DNA of 62,508 bases, counting the filler, from Stramenopiles sp. TOSAG23-3 (taxonomy: Eukaryota): NCBI GenBank assembly GCA_900128585.1. It is 6 parts of 6 records of this genome, joined end to end, with 100 filler letters (N's around TTAATTAATTAA, not from the genome) between each part and the next. Parts side by side here need not be neighbours in the genome. Positions count along the whole stretch, not along the records: positions 60,423 to 62,508 come from LT645096.1; 5 more parts are not named here. The stretch is one strand, 5' to 3'. The position numbers and the translations under genes are program-made. Shown here piece after piece: positions 60,581-62,508 of this stretch (positions are counted from its first letter, which is position 1; each line of letters opens with the position of its first letter). The notes beneath the pieces are model-generated. The model did no database searches. It was not told the origin of the DNA and worked only from the letters and a program-made list of their open reading frames with translations.

Positions 60581-62320
60581 TTATTTACTTAAAATTTCCA
60601 TTTCTTTTATGGCTTTCCGTGTCTCTTCGTCCTTTCGCTGTTCCTCCTGGTCGTAGTTCTTTCGCTCCGATTGGATGCGCTGGTCCCCGTCTTCGTCCGC
60701 ATGGGCCCAGTTGTCGATGAACTCGTCCTCTTGGTTAAGGGCAGAGCTAGCAGACAACGCCAGGCTGTCCGAAAAAGTAAAGTTCTCGAAGTTTGCCTCG
60801 TTCATTTGCGAGTTTGCGTTCTCCTGCGGGGTCATGACGACGGGGAGGGCGTTGATTCGTGAGGACACGTTGACCTTGTCCTTTTCCAACTTTATCGGCG
60901 GGGTCAGCTCCCGGTTGTACAGTTTTTTGAAGTCGATGCTGGCGTAGAACGGGTGGTCCCTGATCTCCTTGTGGTTCCCGTTGCTGCCGATTCGACGGTC
61001 CACGCTGCGCTCCAGCAACTTCGTAATGATGTCTTTCCCGTTCCCCGAAATGACCAAAGCTGCCGGGAACTCCAGCGGTGCGACCAGAATCTTTTGCAGC
61101 ATCACCTTGATGTTCCTGTCGTAGAACGGGGCCCAGGACGTGAACATTTCGTACATCATGGTCCCCAACCCCCACCAATCGACGGACACGCCGTAGCCAC
61201 CCCCTAGCTTTCGGGCCCGGATGATCTCGGGGGACAGGTACTCGGGCGTCCCGCAGAACGTTTTTGCACCGTGGTCGCGGTCTTCCATGTCGTCGCGCGC
61301 CAACCCAAAGTCGGTGATCTTGACGTGCCCAACCTCGTCGAGGAGCACGTTTTCCGGCTTCAAGTCGCGGTACACAATGTTGTTGTCGTGCAAGTGGGCG
61401 AGGCCCATGTAGATCTCTGCGCTGTAGAACTTTACCGTCTGCTCGTCGAAGCGCTTCAGGCGCCGCAAGTGGTAGAACAGCTCGCCCCCGCTGCAGTAGT
61501 CGGTCACGAAGAACAGCCGATCGTCCGTTTGAAACGCGTATCGCAGCGTCACTACGAACGGGTGGTGCGTTGCCGCCATGATGCGGCGCTCGGTTTTCGT
61601 GTGTTCCACTTGCTTTCGCTTCGTTACTTCCCACTTTTTCAACACCTTCATCGCGTAGATGTCCTCCGAGGAATGCTTCCGCACGAGGAAAACTTTGCCG
61701 AAGGCGCCACGGCCCAGCACGCGCAAAAGCTCGAAACTGTCCACGGAAAGGTCTGCGCCGGGCATGTCCTCCCCGCTGAGGGTATTTCTACACACCCACG
61801 ACTGGTTTGCGTTCTGTGCCTGCGGCATGTTTTCCGAAAGCATAAGGAACCGGTTGAAGTCGAAGGGGCGGGGCGTAATGTCCATCATCCGCTTCAAGTA
61901 AGACGCAAACTTTACCCGACGCTCCGAAACGTTGCTCTTTGAGAGGTTGAAAAACAGCTTTTTCTTTGGAAAGTCCAAGTTCCTCAGGACAGGCAACTTT
62001 CGTGACAGAAGGCGGTGGAGAATGTAGAATTCACTGTACCGCCGGTCCACGTTGTACGATTTCCCGTTGGGAAACGTCACCTTGATGGTGTAGAACGTGT
62101 ATTTCGTCGGTTGAAGGGTCAGCTTTTCCCACAGCCCATCGAATTTTAAATTCTTGTCCCGAAACCCGGTGTCTGCAATCTCTATTACAGTTTCGCCAGG
62201 GGCGTGTGCCCCCCCGGCCCCGCTCGACCATAGCCCTGAATCTCTGACCTGACTGGCCCGCTCTTCGTCGTCGGTGTTATCCGGGCCCACCTGGTCTTCT
62301 CCCGTTGCAAGAGACGCCAT
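60581..62320 (-). CDS. PX-domain AGC Ser/Thr kinase (SGK3/CISK-like architecture)
   Basis: PX: YTFYTIKV...RRYSEFYILH...FPKKK...ERR. Kinase: LGRGAFGKV, YAMKVLKK, YRDLKPEN, DFGLAR, TFCGTPEY, DWWGLG. AGC hydrophobic motif FENFTF. ATG 62320. Confidence 0.93.
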   Translation of the reverse strand: MASLATGEDQVGPDNTDDEERASQVRDSGLWSSGAGGAHAPGETVIEIADTGFRDKNLKFDGLWEKLTLQPTKYTFYTIKVTFPNGKSYNVDRRYSEFYILHRLLSRKLPVLRNLDFPKKKLFFNLSKSNVSERRVKFASYLKRMMDITPRPFDFNRFLMLSENMPQAQNANQSWVCRNTLSGEDMPGADLSVDSFELLRVLGRGAFGKVFLVRKHSSEDIYAMKVLKKWEVTKRKQVEHTKTERRIMAATHHPFVVTLRYAFQTDDRLFFVTDYCSGGELFYHLRRLKRFDEQTVKFYSAEIYMGLAHLHDNNIVYRDLKPENVLLDEVGHVKITDFGLARDDMEDRDHGAKTFCGTPEYLSPEIIRARKLGGGYGVSVDWWGLGTMMYEMFTSWAPFYDRNIKVMLQKILVAPLEFPAALVISGNGKDIITKLLERSVDRRIGSNGNHKEIRDHPFYASIDFKKLYNRELTPPIKLEKDKVNVSSRINALPVVMTPQENANSQMNEANFENFTFSDSLALSASSALNQEDEFIDNWAHADEDGDQRIQSERKNYDQEEQRKDEETRKAIKEMEILSK

Positions 62321-62508
62321 GAAGGAGGGGGGGAAAGAAGGAAAGATCGCACGCAAAACACAAACGCCCGCTTGCTAAACTTAACTGGGTTGTATTGCGT
62401 TGTTTGACTGATTGCTATTATTCCTTATTTAAAACCGGTTTATTAAGAAAATATTAAAGTTTTTTAATTTAATCTTCTTTTTGTTCAGTGCGTTAATTTT
62501 ATATATAA

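Noticed and set aside
60747-61942. Long alternative-frame and antisense ORFs over the kinase (similarly over G3BP, UMPS and Scc2)
   Set aside because: Expected shadows of GC-rich codon usage; no recognisable motifs.
1-62508. tRNA, rRNA or autonomous transposon/viral genes
   Set aside because: I recognised no cloverleaf, rRNA signature, transposase, reverse transcriptase, integrase or capsid motif by eye. A covariance-model search would be needed to exclude small RNAs.

Overview
Eukaryotic, gene-dense, almost intron-free genomic DNA. GC-richer coding blocks alternate with very AT-rich intergenic DNA carrying (GAA)n/(TTC)n tracts. The source is most likely a heterotrophic stramenopile-type protist assembly; this is an inference from the OMPDC-OPRT order of UMP synthase and the Rab5 sequence. 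The window is not one locus. Five identical 100-nt artificial spacers (44 N + TTAATTAATTAA + 44 N) join six contigs: 1-26861, 26962-53764 and four pieces of exactly 2086 bp, so synteny across the spacers is meaningless. Recognisable genes are RagA/Gtr1 (missing from the ORF track), NDUFS6 (one 85-nt intron), an RCC1-repeat protein, LYRM7/Mzm1, Rab5, MoaE/MOCS2B, UFSP2 (apparent 1-nt frameshift), a SETD9-like protein, WDR61/Ski8, Scc2/NIPBL, reversed UMP synthase, G3BP, a CTL/SLC44 transporter and a PX-AGC kinase. The best novelty candidates are: (1) a continuous ORF fusing an N-acetylglucosamine kinase, through one hydrophobic helix, to a GH99/GH71-like glycoside hydrolase with an Ig-like domain; (2) an ankyrin protein whose BTB/POZ domain appears split by a Pif1-helicase-derived 2A/2B segment; (3) a ~1900-aa protein with ~30 DPF repeats, a coiled coil, WW, Sec31/SRA1-type C-terminal and ankyrin domains; (4) a SAP- and PHD-containing Scc2; (5) small dispersed non-coding repeats and a clustered TACGAGG promoter motif. 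All domain calls come from reading motifs by eye; no database searches were run.
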